Assembly: GCA_964016885.1 (NCBI GenBank)
Contig: OZ024745.1
Span: 31,930,001-31,994,000, forward strand
Reading direction: 5' to 3'
DNA: 64,000 nucleotides
Origin: Eledone cirrhosa
Lineage: Eukaryota
Shown: positions 24,991 through 37,440 of the stretch, one piece after another
Position numbering within the stretch: position 1 is the stretch's first letter
Layout of the letters: every line of letters begins with the position of its first letter
Notes under the pieces: model-generated
The model's database searches: none
What the model saw: only the letters and a program-made list of their open reading frames with translations
Told to the model about the DNA's origin: nothing
Position numbers and translations under genes: made by a program

Positions 24991-27522
24991 ATTCCCCTCT
25001 ACCAACAAGTTTCCTCCACCATCCAACACCTCGTCTCCTCCTCCCTCCCCCCTCCCACCATCTCCCAGCTCATCATCCGCATGCCCTGCACCCCCACCAA
25101 TAACTTCCTCCCCAAGATCCAAAAATACGACAACCCCGGCCACCCCATCGTCTCCGCTTGCAACTGCCCCACTGAACTCATCTCCGCCCTTCTCGACTCC
25201 ATCCTCACACCCCTTGTCACTGCCCTCGCCTCCCACATCTCCGACACCAACCACGCTCTCCGCCTCTTTGAGTCCCTCCCCTGTCCACCTGGCCACACCC
25301 CCTCCTCTTCACCCTAGACATTAAATCCCTTTACACCATCATCCCCTACGCCGACGGCCTATGCGCCCTCCGGCACTACCCCGACCTTCGCCCCTTCTCG
25401 TCTGCTCCACCCCACCCCCTCACCCTTAATTCCTTCTCCTTCTCGGGTGAATTTTACCAGCAGGTCACTGGGGTAGCCATGGACACAAGAATGGGCCCCA
25501 ACTATGCCACCTTTTCATTGGCCATGTTGAGGCCCAAATCTTTGCCCAATACACCGGCCCCATGCCCGAACTGTAGAGTCAGTACTTCGACGACTGCATC
25601 AGAGCCACGACTCTCACCCGAGAACAGCTCGGCTCCTTTCTCTCCTTCTTCTGCTCCTTACATCCCTCCCTCCCATTTCACCTCTATCGCCACCACCCAC
25701 GTCCACTTCTTGGACATTTCTGTCGCCATTGACCCCTCTCACCGCTCCCTCGTGACCTCTGCCTTCTTCAAACCCACCTCCTCCCACTCCTACCTCGACT
25801 TCACCTCCTCCCACCCTACACACACCAAACACTCCATTCCCTATTCCAAACTCTTCCGGATCCTCTGCTTCTGCAACCGGGATGCTGACTTTGAGACTCG
25901 ACCCTGTCTCTGGTCAGCCATTTCATCCAGAGAGGTCAACCCCCCCCCACTCCCCCACTCCCTCGTCCACACCGCCGTCACCCCACGCCCCTTTCCCCTC
26001 ACCTACCACCTCTCCACCCTACCCCACCACCGCACCATCCAACGCCTCTTCCAACACCTCCAGTCCAACCCCTCCACCTCTCCCATCTTCCCCTCCCCAC
26101 CCCTCCCCTCCTTCAAACGCTTGCACAACCTCCGCAACCTCCTCGTCTGCAGCTCCCTATCCTCCAACCGCTGTTCCACCCATCCCCGGTTCCCTTCTCT
26201 GCTCCAGACCTCGCTTCCACACCTGCCCCCACACCACCAACACCACCACCTTCCAGGGTCCCAACGGCCACTCACTCTCTGTCCGTTATGCCTTCCACTG
26301 CACCTCCTCCGACCTCATCTATGGACTTTGCTGCATGGAGTGCAACACAACCTATGTCCGACAGATCGGACATTGCCTGGCGGATCGGTTCACAGAGCAC
26401 CTCCGAGATATTCGTCTCGGCAGGAGTTCCCCCATCGCCCACCACTTTGGTTCCCCTGGACACTCCGCCTACAACCGCACCGTCTGCGGCCTGCTCGAAT
26501 GCCATGGGTCCCCCGCAACCCACCTTAGGCTCGAGCAACACACCATCTTCACCCTACAGACCCACACAACCCCTGGCCTGAACTCCCCACCCCTCTTCCA
26601 TTAGCCTTCAACCGTCCCCCTCCCCAACCCACATGCCCTACTAACACCACCCAAAACACTCCTACACACACACCACCACCCTCCCCCGTAACTTTTCACA
26701 CATACCCATCCCCTCCCCTGTCCACCGCACCTCTGCACACACATACACACATTCCACACACACATACAGACCATCCCTAACACTACCTGTCTGTCACCCT
26801 CCTACTGCTACCTCCTCTCCTTCACCCTGCCTTCTCCGCCGTCTTATACTTGGATTTTTCACATTCTCTTCCTACACTCTCCGGAGAAAACATTCAGCAA
26901 CACACACAAACACTTACACTATTTCCGCACACACGCAACCATACGTTCGCACGTATCCACACCACACAAACACACACACATGTGCGTATACTCACATACA
27001 CATACTCGGCCTCCTGACTCCGCACGCCCCCTCCCCCACCCCTCTCCATCCACACACACACACACTGACTTACACCCCACCCCATGTACACACTGGTTTT
27101 CCTATTACCCGACCATGGAACCTCGCTATTCCCCAAACTCTCACACGCGCATCCACATATACACACACGTACACCTACACACATACACACACACCACTTT
27201 CCACCCTCCCTTCTCGGACCCTCTGTCTCCCTCTCCCCCTCCATCCACCCACCAACGCCTCCACACGCCTCACCCTTTCACCACTTCTTTCATTTTAATT
27301 TTTTTACCCTCTTTTTTATTTTTTTCCTTCCCTTTACCCCCCCCCCTCGAATGTCTTTCTACCATTCCCCCTCACACCCTCGGAACTCTTTTCCTTCCCA
27401 TTTTTCTCCTGATGAAGGGCTTATGCTCGAAACGTTGTCTCCCCCCCCTCTCAAGTGTGAACCTAATACTAACACTTTGTACTGTACTCTTCGTTATTGT
27501 TTTTGTTTTCTGTTTTAACTTA
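24991..27522 (+). mobile_element. Neptune-type Penelope-like element, degenerate, C-rich
   Basis: LPKIQK..NPGHPIVS, LDIKSLYT, GVAMDTRMGPNYA, YFDD, FLDISV, KPTSSHSYLDFTSSHP, CSRPRFHTC linker, GIY-YIG remnant (LIYGLCC..C..YVRQ..LADRFTEH..GLN). Confidence 0.9.
27404..27440 (+). ncRNA. Minimal hammerhead core at the 3' end of the Neptune PLE (stem I degenerate)
   Basis: CTGATGA 27409-27415, stem II gggc-ttat-gctc, GAAA, palindromic ACGT; stem I is not well paired. Confidence 0.45.
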
Positions 27523-27544
27523 TATATATATATATTTATATATA

Positions 27545-27871
27545 TATTATAAAATAACAGGAGGCTGGATTGGTGTAATTCCTGAAAGGTTTATTATACT
27601 ATGAACATTTCAATGACCAGGTTCAGTATGAATCCGGTGACATCATCAGGTATTCGAAATTTAACAAAGGGCCGCCCGAACTAGAAACTGCTAAATGGGT
27701 GGCTGCCTTCTTGTAACTCTGCCTTTTCAGCCCCATGGATTATATTCCTTTGTTAAATTTTGAATACCTGATGATGTCACCGGATTCATACTGAACCCGG
27801 TCATTGAAATGTTCATAGTATAATAAACCGTTAAGGAATTACACCAATCCAGCCTCCTGTTATTTTATAAT
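27545..27871. repeat. Inverted repeat (~125-bp arms, 76-bp spacer) with a hammerhead motif in each arm
   Basis: 27545-27670 is the reverse complement of 27747-27871; + strand atac-CTGATGA(27768)-accgg/ccggt-GAAA(27806)-TGTTCA-TA-gtat. Confidence 0.85.
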
Positions 27872-28006
27872 AATTAACTCCGTACTCACACCACCAACAA
27901 CATAAATGAAGACGGATGAGTTGCATTACGTCGAGTCTCTCCCTAATATTACATCGAGGTTGACCATACGGAATGACCAGTTCTATCCAGTGGTGAACCA
28001 ACAAAC

Positions 28007-28065
<59 letters not shown>

Positions 28066-28660
28066 TAAACGGAATAGAAAGTGCTGACAAATTGTTCACA
28101 GTGAAAAATAGTTTAATTAGGAATAAATGAAAATTAGTAATTGTATTGGTTAGTATTCAGTTTTGGTTTTAAGTTTTACCGATTGCGCATTTCTAAATGC
28201 TTTTCAAAAATAATTTTGAGATAGAGTGTCCGTGATGTTTGCTCTGATCTGATTAGTTTTGGGAATTCTACCTGTTTTTATGTTAAAAAAGTGGCTCCAG
28301 CGCTATTAAAATTGGTTTTTGCGCCAATTCGTGTTGCAAAAATTCTTGTGGTCAAAACAATTTTGATTGGTCGGTAGAGGTCATGTGAATGTAAAAAATT
28401 GATTTTGCGCCAAGACTGAGAAATGACTCTTTCACAACAAATATGTGTGTGTGTGTAGTAGTAGTAAAGTGTTCGTTGTTGTGATAATGGTTAGCAGGGA
28501 TGTGTGTGCGAACTGCAGCCTGTTGACAGTTCAAATGCCTATTAAGACAAGTGTGTGTGTGTGTGTGTATAGCAGAGTAATTCGTGGTAGAGGGATGGTC
28601 AGTAGGAATGTGTCTGTAAGTGAGTGGGGGATATTTTAACATGTTAAAAGATATTTTTCA

Positions 28661-28737
<77 letters not shown>

Positions 28738-28819
28738 GGAGGTGAGTTTTATTGTAGCACAATAAAGCAATGCAAATATCGGATAAGTAGCACTCAACAG
28801 TTTGTAGGACTGGAGTATA

Positions 28820-31740
28820 AAAAATATATATTGTCTCACAGAGAGAAGTTAAAAAGCTGTTGGAAGATATTAGATAATTTAAAAGAATTTGAAATTAAAA
28901 GTTGATGAAGAGAAAAATGGGGTTAAGAATAATATTAAACAATGCTCTATCTTTCACTTTTAAATATTCTGACATCACCACAGATGAACTTCGCATCATT
29001 CTCACCACAAGAAAAACCATCTTAGAATTCAACAATGAATACTGGACTAGAGCTGATACCTCCAATAACTTTGATATCACAATGGGTGCATCCAATTCAT
29101 CGCAATTGACTGATTTGATTGGTATTTTGAATTCTTTAAATCGGAAAATTCCTCAACTTCGCGGTGGAATTTATCATGACGATGGACTTTTTACTATCTT
29201 AAATTGCAATTTAGTTAACCTTAATATTATTAAGAACAATATACGTGATCTATTTAAGCAACATAACCTTAAAATTGAATTTGATAACAACGTCAAACTA
29301 GCTAACTTCTTGGATATATCCCTTAATCTTGACACTGGCCTATATTACCCTTACCATAAAAACAATGAGAATCTAAATTATGTTAATTTTAAATCTAACC
29401 ACCCCACTAACATTAAAAATGCTATAGTTAGTAATATTGGAAAAAGAATATCAAACCTATCCTCTAATAAAATATCTTTGATGCTAACGCCAATTACTAT
29501 AATAATGCGCTTTCTAAAGCCGGTTATCCTGATAAAATTAAATACAGTAAAGAAACCATTCCTAGAAGATCTTACAGTAAAATAATTAATTATGATCATT
29601 CCAATAACTTAAATAAAAGACCTAGATACAAAAATATAATCTGGTATAATGCTCCTTTCTCTATTTCTATTAATAATATTCCTAAATTATTCTTTAGGCC
29701 CTTAGATAAATGCTTCCCTCCCTCACATATCTATAGTAAAATATTTAACAAACATACAATAAAATTTTCCTATTCCACCTCCTCCAGCATCGCCAGCATT
29801 ATCTCTAAACACAACAATAAAATATAAAATATTAAATCACATCCTTCCAACACTGAATGTCATAATAATAGCAGTAGTGCTCCCGACGTCATTGTTAACT
29901 CTAGGCTAGATTCTGCAAACTCAAATACGACGTCAAACGTAACTTCGTTGAATGTTCATAATACTAATCTAAATCAGGAAACTATTATTCCTATCATAAA
30001 TAACTTCTCCAATCCAATTCCTCCTATAAATAACACTAGGTCACTTGTTAATAACTCTGTAATTGCCCTGTTAAAACTAAATGTTCTCTCAATAAGCATT
30101 GTCTTGAAAAAAAACTTAGTCTATGAATGTAAAGTTATAACTGATACCAATTCCTTTACCTATTTCGGTTCCACTTCCACCTCCTTCAAAGTGAGATTTT
30201 ATAATCACAATTCTTCTTAAAAGAACTAACACGGTACTCTCAGAACTCATATGGTCCTTGAAAGACAAAAATATTAACTATAACATCTCTTGGAGGAAAG
30301 TTTGTTCTTCCTCTCCCTACTTGAATGCTTCCCTATCCAGAACGTGTAATCTTTACCTATCTGGGAAATTTACCATTATATCTAATTTAGATTCTATAAT
30401 AAATAGACGCACTGATTTATTTTCTCTCTGCTTGCATAAATTCCACAGAACATTCCATAAAGTACACAGCTAATATCTAATACTTTACTAGTTTAAAATC
30501 CTTTTTCTCAAAGGCTTATATATATATTTCTTTAAAAATATACCCATCTTTCTACCTTATTTCAATATTATTTATTATACATTATATAATACTAGTTACT
30601 CATTCTATATCATTCCTCTTTATCACTTTCCTTTCTTCCTCTTTTCTTTTTTCTTTCTACCCTCTAATCTGTACTTTTTCTTCCTAACTACTTCTCAATT
30701 CTTATTATTACTCACCACAACATATCCACTCTTCCATCTTTCTTCATATCATAGGCCATAAAAATTATTATTACCTTTTAAATACATTATAGTATTACCT
30801 TTAATAATCCTTTGTAAACATAAACATTTTTTGATGTTAGATTTTTCCTCCTTAAGTTCCTTATTTCTTCCTTTCATGCTCGTTTGACTTTTACATATTA
30901 CATATTACAATACATAAAAACAAACTTAAACCCTAACTAATCTCCTTTATTATATTATATTATTACCATTAGAAAATATTTTGTAAACATATATATTTTG
31001 ATGTTAGATTTTTTTCTTCCTTAAACATTATTTTCTTCTTTGCTTTCTGCGCTCATTTGTAAACAAACTATTTACATATATCACACACACATATTACATT
31101 ACATAAAAACAAACTTAAACACTAACTAATTCCTCTAAATTCATAATTCATCCACTCTTCTACTTCTTTTCACATTATATCCTTAATAACATTAATATTT
31201 TAATTTTAATAATTCATATTAACAATTTCTTTTCCTCGCACATATTATTAAACCCTTCAATATACAAACCTTAATTTAATATTATTCTTAACCCCATTTT
31301 TCTCTTCATCAACTTTTAATTTCAAATTCTTTTAAATTATCTATTATCTTCCAACGGCTTTTTAACTTCTCTCTGTGAGACAATATATATTTTTCTCAGT
31401 TGTAAAGGCTATCTCTCTCTCTCTATCACTCATCTCTCCTCCTCTCTCATCCTTCCTTCTTATACTCCTCCCCCACCATTCTTTACTCTCATCTCCTCTT
31501 CTTTCTCACCCTTTCCACCACCACCCCTAACTTTTTCCCAATATCACACATCAATCTTAAATTATTTTTCATATGTTGATTTAAAACCTCACTATTCACA
31601 AGTGTTTTTTAACCTTCATATCATGTATCCCTATTTTATCTGATGAAAACGCAGATGTCATCTCATGATGATATTTGTTTTTGAAATGCGCATAATAAAA
31701 TACTTGGAACTCTTTTAACCATCTTTTGATCTTATATTAC
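28820..31740 (+). mobile_element. Second CxCx5C-type PLE, degenerate, with an inverted 5' segment
   Basis: ORFs 28902-29585 (FDITMGAS, YHDD, NFLDISLNL, SNHP), 29948-30220 and 30258-30473 (VYECKV..YFGST..FKVRFYNH, CNL..C.H); 28820-28939 is the reverse complement of 31276-31394; ends in (TA)n. Confidence 0.9.
31632..31702 (+). ncRNA. Type I minimal hammerhead ribozyme (best-formed in the window)
   Basis: Stem I tattttat/ataaaata (8 bp); CTGATGA 31640-31646; ~16-bp stem II with tcat loop; GAAA 31683-31686; palindromic stem III TGCGCA; cleavage triplet ATA. Confidence 0.8.
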
Positions 31741-31784
<44 letters not shown>

Positions 31785-32496
31785 ATATATACAATGTAAA
31801 ACTATTGATGTATAAAATATGTATCTACTTATTGTCCATAACACCTCAAAGGAAATTTGCTGCTAAAATACAAAGAGAAGAGGTACTTCACATAGATATT
31901 GATATAGGTACAATTTTTATATCTTGTAAAAAAACATATAAGGCATATAATCAATTAGAACAATGAAATATTACTTACATTACATGAGCAATACATAGTT
32001 CTAATAAATGCCCATACAATGTTGTTTTGGGTTCTAAAAACACAACAATCACTGCAATAAAATGGATAATTATTATTGCCAAAATTCAAATCATCATCAG
32101 TGAGCCATTCTTATTATTTGATTAATTATACAAGCCATTAACTGTCCCTAATTAAGTTTGAGTTGGGACACAAACTCACATGTTGATATGTTGGGTGACC
32201 AGGCAGCAGCTGCTACAGTCTTTGACAGTGGAAGGCAGGGAGGAATGCTAAAAATAGCTCCTCTCAAGCCAAGAAGCATCACAACTGGTATATTGAAAAG
32301 TGGGAGTATGAATATACAATGTAAAAATATCGCTATATGAAAAAATATATTGACTTGTCGACCATAAACCCCTGATGCAAATTTGTCTCTAAAATACCAA
32401 GAGCAGAGAGAACTCGCATAGATATTGATATAGGTACAACAATTTTAATATCTTACATAAAAATATATAAAACATATAATCAATTAGAACAATGAA

Positions 32497-33708
32497 ATCA
32501 TTATCATCATCATTTTACATCCGCTTTTCCCTGCTTGTAAGGGTGGGTGGGTCCTTTTCAGCACAGCATCTCTCCATTCGTCACGGTCCTTCGTCATCTC
32601 TTCTGTGAGCTTCAGTGATCTGAGGTCAGCTCTCACCACCTCTGCCCATGATTTTCGTGGTCTTCCTCTACTGCGTCTTCCTTCCACTGGAATTTCTTGG
32701 CACTTCTTTATCCAGCAGTCATCCTCTATGTGCATCACATGTCCATACAGTCCAATACGGTCTTCTCTCCCACACACTACAGTTTATCCCTCTTATACAC
32801 AGTTTCACTCTCAACTTGTCTATGCTTGGTCATTCATGCACATTGACATTGCACATCCATCGGAGCATGCTTGCTTCATTTCTCTCCAGTCGTCACATAT
32901 CCTCCACAGTTGCTGCCCATGTCTCACTACCATGCAGCATCGCGCATCTCACACAGGCATCATATAACCGGCCTTTTGTTTGTGGGGAGAAACCCTTCTT
33001 TTTCAACAGAGCAAGCAGCTCCCTAAACTTCTTCCAACCCGTCCTTATTCTAGATACTATGGTCTCGGAGCATCCTCCTGCCTTGCTAATCTGATCACCT
33101 AGGTATCAGAAGCTATTAACCACTTCTCATAATGACATTTCCAGGCCTCCTTTTTCTCAGGATCAGTGACACTAAGTGCACCAGCATCATTTCAGACACA
33201 CTTATCTCCAACAACATCCTGATTTACACTGACACACTGCCTTGCAATGCGGAACACCGCATGTCTCTGATCTTCTCATTGCTGAACATTAGCAACCCTC
33301 CTACTATCAGCTTCCCTGCATGCTAAGTATTTCTGATGTTTAGCCTCTCTTTTAGTGGCTGAGTATCGGTTTCTACTCCCACCATTTTTCCAAGCCTTCC
33401 ATGTTTGTCTTTTGTCTTTAATGGCTCTACCTACCATGCTGTTCCACCACCAGGTCACCCTCTGTCTAGTTCGAGCTTTGCTCCAGCCACAAGTCTCTTC
33501 AGTAGCCTGCAGTAAGTTATCGTGTAAGAACTTCCAGTTATTATCTATGTCATACAATTCTAATTCGTCTTTTTTCTGGTCATACGCATCTTGAAGGGCT
33601 TTCCTAAATTTATCTTTTAGTGAAAGACCTTCCTTTTCCACGCCTTTCTTTGTGTCTCATTCTGTCTCTTGCTTATTGTGATGTCACTAACGACTAACCT
33701 ATGTTGAA
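32497..33708 (-). mobile_element. Internally deleted RTE LINE
   Basis: QRVTWWWN linker joined to the C-terminal region (YGHVM..GRPRKSW); RT core absent; (GAT)n tail. Confidence 0.85.
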
Positions 33709-33731
33709 ATATTACATATATGTGTAAATAA

Positions 33732-34083
33732 GGAGGCACATGGCTTAGTGGTTAGAGCATTGGCCTTGCAATCGAAAGGTTGTGAGTTCAATTCTCAGAC
33801 CGGGTGATGTGTTGTTTCCTTGAGCAAGGCACTTTATTTCACATTGCTCCAGTTTACTCAGCTGTAGAAATGAGATGATAGGGACTGGTGTCCCTATCAT
33901 TCCACTGTAAAGTGGTCGTGGAGGTGCCACGGCAAAAAAGCACCCAGCACTCACTGTAAATGAGGTTGGTGTTAGGAAGGGCATCCAGCTGTAGAAATCA
34001 AGCCAGCATCAGTTCCCATCCCACCCTTGCAAGCAGGGAAAAAGCGGATGTAAAATGAAATGATGAAATGATGAAATGATGAA
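33732..34083 (+). mobile_element. tRNA-derived SINE with RTE-type 3' tail
   Basis: A box TGGCTTAGTGG, B box GTTCAATTC, (GAAAT/GAT)n tail; near-identical to 16375-16716. Confidence 0.9.
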
Positions 34084-34089
34084 AGGGAG

Positions 34090-34545
34090 ATGGGAGACAG
34101 AGAGATATAAAGAACTTCTCTCTCAGAATGAAAGCAGATTGTATGATGCCTGCATGCAAACTTCAATGCTACATGGAAAGGGGACTTAGAGTACATAGAT
34201 TGGAAAGAAATGAGGTGAGCATGCTTCGATAGTTATGTAATAGTAATGTATATGGATGATGAAGCATTAATGAACTGAGAGAAAAACTGGACATAAAGAG
34301 GAGATGATGCAGTGTAGAAGAGAAAAGATTGGGCTGGTACATGTAAGGCATATGAAGGATGAGAGCTGCATAAAGGAGTGCAGGGTACTCAAAGTGGATG
34401 ATACCCATGAAAGAAAGAGACCAAGGAAAACATGGGATGAAATTGACCTTACAAAGCCGAATGTCATGAAGGAGATAATATAAGATTAAGTTTACTGGTG
34501 ATTTACAATACTACATAAAACTCATCCTCCTATGCAAGCAGGCTG
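34090..34545 (+). mobile_element. Degenerate RTE 3' fragment
   Basis: Homologous to 3294-3779 (LYDAC, INELREKL, RPRKTW). Confidence 0.7.
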
Positions 34546-34944
34546 AAGCATGTATGGCGAGGATCATAGTGTAGAAGCTGAGAGATATATTGGCATCTAG
34601 GTCTCATGCCAATATTCTCTTTTCTCTTGATCTCCTACTGTCTGCCTTCCTTTACATTCCCAAAACAGATCACACCCACCCTTTCATACTTACTACCCAC
34701 ATAACTGAGGACCTAACAGATCCACTCATCCCCATACTCACTGAAAGATGCTACCCACTTAAAGAGAGGCGTATATTAGTCTACCAACTTTATGAACTTA
34801 CCTTTATAGCTCCTTCCTCTCTACCCCAATGGTCATTCCCACGCTCTCCAAAGCCACCTTCCCCATCGAACATCTACTCTTATCATCATCATGCTTACTA
34901 TCATCATGTCTAGATGTTTATGTGGTTTGCCTGTTTATTTTCAG

Positions 34945-35061
34945 GTAACTCAAGGCGCACAACAAATACATCACCATGAGGATAAGTTGGCAACAGCAAT
35001 TCTTGTCACTTTATGTTGTTTCTTGCCTACTGGCATTGTTGCAATAATATATGCCGATAAA
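34945..35061 (+). CDS. CD225/dispanin protein, exon encoding first hydrophobic segment
   Basis: Acceptor tttattttcag|, 117 nt phase 0/0, VTQGAQQIHHHEDKLATAILVTLCCFLPTGIVAIIYADK, donor gtaagt at 35062. LCCFLP-G-VAIIY is the CD225 signature. Confidence 0.92.
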
Positions 35062-35245
35062 GTAAGTAGAATTTTAATATTTCTTAAAACAAATTCTGAT
35101 CCCATCAAAGAAGTTTTACCAAAAAATATTCAATAATCTACAACAATATTTCCCTAAGGTGTCCCTTAGGGAAATATTGTAGATATATAAAATTCATTTT
35201 ATAAAAAAATTGTTTCATTATTTTGTTTCATTATTTTGGAGATCA

Positions 35246-35438
35246 GGGTGGTGGATTGGCAGTATCGGTAGAGGGTCGGACGCCATGCTTTGACGCATAG
35301 AGTTACGGCCCTTGCTATTCTGAGTTCAAATCCCGCCGAAGTTAACTTTGCCTTTCATCCTTACGGGGTTGATAAAATAAAGTACCAGTAATGCACTGGG
35401 ATAATTGCTAGCCTTGTGCCAAAAGTAGAAACAATTAT
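35246..35438 (+). mobile_element. Second SINE family copy
   Basis: Near-identical to 20776-20968. Confidence 0.85.
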
Positions 35439-35499
35439 TTTGGAGTTCAGGTCCGTTTCAGGAATCCCTTTTGGGTACAGAAAGCTACCACCTATAGAC

Positions 35500-37440
35500 G
35501 AACTAATCACAAGTATTTGTGTGCGCACACTGAAGAAATTCTAGAGATACTTGAAAGGAGATGAGTAGATGGAAGCTGTGTCCATGAAGTGAGCTGAAGA
35601 GAAGCCACATCCAAACTCCTCAAAGGCAAACAGCATAAATATAAACTTTTCTGAGTAGGAAATGATGGTGAGGTAGATGGAGTAACTGAGAAGTTAATAG
35701 GTAAGGTATTTGAGGTAGAGTAAATGATGGAATTATCAAGCTCAGAACAGTCATATACAATAGAATGACAACGGTTATCTTTACTTGTCACAATCAGGAC
35801 TAAATAAAAAAATAAAAAGACTGTTTCTATGAGAAATTATTACAGATGAGCTCAACAACTGATGACAGAGACTTAATCATTCTAGTTGATGACTTCAATG
35901 GACATGCTGGTCAATACCAGGATGGCTACATGGTGACTATGGACATGCTGGTCAATACCAGGATAGCTACATGGTGACTATGGACATGCTGGTCAATACC
36001 AGGATGGCTACATGGTGATTATAAACATGCTGGCCAATACCAGGATGGCTACATGGTTACTATGGACATGCTGGTCAATCCCAGGATGGCTACATGGTGA
36101 CTATGGACATGCTGGTCAATACCAGGATGGCTACATGGTGACTATGGACATGCTAGTCAATACCAGGATGGCTACATGGTGATTATAAACATGCTGGTCA
36201 ATACCAGGATAGCTACATGGTGACTATGGACATGCTGGTCAATACCAGGATGGCTACATGGTGATTATAAACATGCTGGTCAATACCAGGATGGCTACAT
36301 GGTGACTATGGACATGTTGGTCAATACCAGGATGGCTACATGGTGATTATAAACATGCTGGTCAATACCAGGATAGCTACATGGTGACTATGGATATGCT
36401 GGTCAATACCAGGATGGCTACATGGTGATTATAAACATGCTGGTCAATACCAGGATAGCTACATGGTGACTATGGACATGCTGGTCAATACCAGGATGGC
36501 TACATGGTGATTATAAACATGCTGGTCAATACCAGGATAGCTACATGGTGACTATGGACATGGCTCAAGAATTGATGAGAGATCAAAGTTTTTAGAATTC
36601 AGTGATGCAAATGACCTAACTTCAGGAAACCAGCCAGATACATGATCACCTACCATTCAGGTGAACATACTAGCCAGATTGACTTTTTTAAATTAAAAAT
36701 GGGATAGTCAGATGGTTATGAATGCTAAGGCCTTTCTTAGGGAAGAATGCACCCCCACCCTACCCCACCCCATAAGTTAGTTATCAGTGATGTCAAAATA
36801 AGTTAGTTATCAGTGATGTCAATATCAGAAATGCAGGAAAATCTGGAGAACGAGTGTATGGGAGCTCAAAGAACTCTATGAAATATAGGTTTGGAAAAGC
36901 TTAAGATGATGCATACCTTGTAAGGGGGCGGGGGAGATAGACACAGAATAACTGGAAATTTCTGAGACAGTTTGCGACAGATTACTGATGAAACCCCTGG
37001 CTGGAACAAGGTTTCACCTAGACAAAGTGTGACCTGATGGTGGAATTATACTGTGGACACAGCCATTAAATGTGGAAATACTAGAAAAACAGGGTCTCAG
37101 CATAGAACAATATTAAATAGCTAAAAGCAAAGTTAGATAACAGGTTTACATAGCGCATATAGAAGTTGAAAGCTAGAAGTCTGTCAACACTATGTGATAT
37201 GAGAACCAGAGGTGTGAGGTGTTCTGTATAGCAAAACGGTGTGCCAGTGTGAACCAGGATTTTGTTAGAGATAAATGTGTTTGGAATGACACCGGTGCAC
37301 TTAGCCTCACTGACGCTCAGATGGTACTGAAAAATATTATTATGAGAAGTTGATGAATTTGGAGAAAGAATGGAAGGAAAAGAAGAGAAACATAAACAAA
37401 CATTTTATCTATCTCATTAACAAATGTTCTAAACTTACGC
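35500..37440 (+). mobile_element. Highly degenerate RTE 5' half (APE region) containing a minisatellite
   Basis: Remnants of VDDFNGHAGQ, ITYHSGEHTSQID, VT*WWN, FVRDKCVWND. Confidence 0.75.
35900..36561. repeat. 41-bp minisatellite, about 16 copies
   Basis: ggacatgctggtcaataccaggatggctacatggtgactat units with interspersed variants. Confidence 0.97.

Noticed and set aside
33732-33805. tRNA gene
   Set aside because: The tRNA-like head continues into a SINE body and tail found in three copies; it is not a standalone tRNA.
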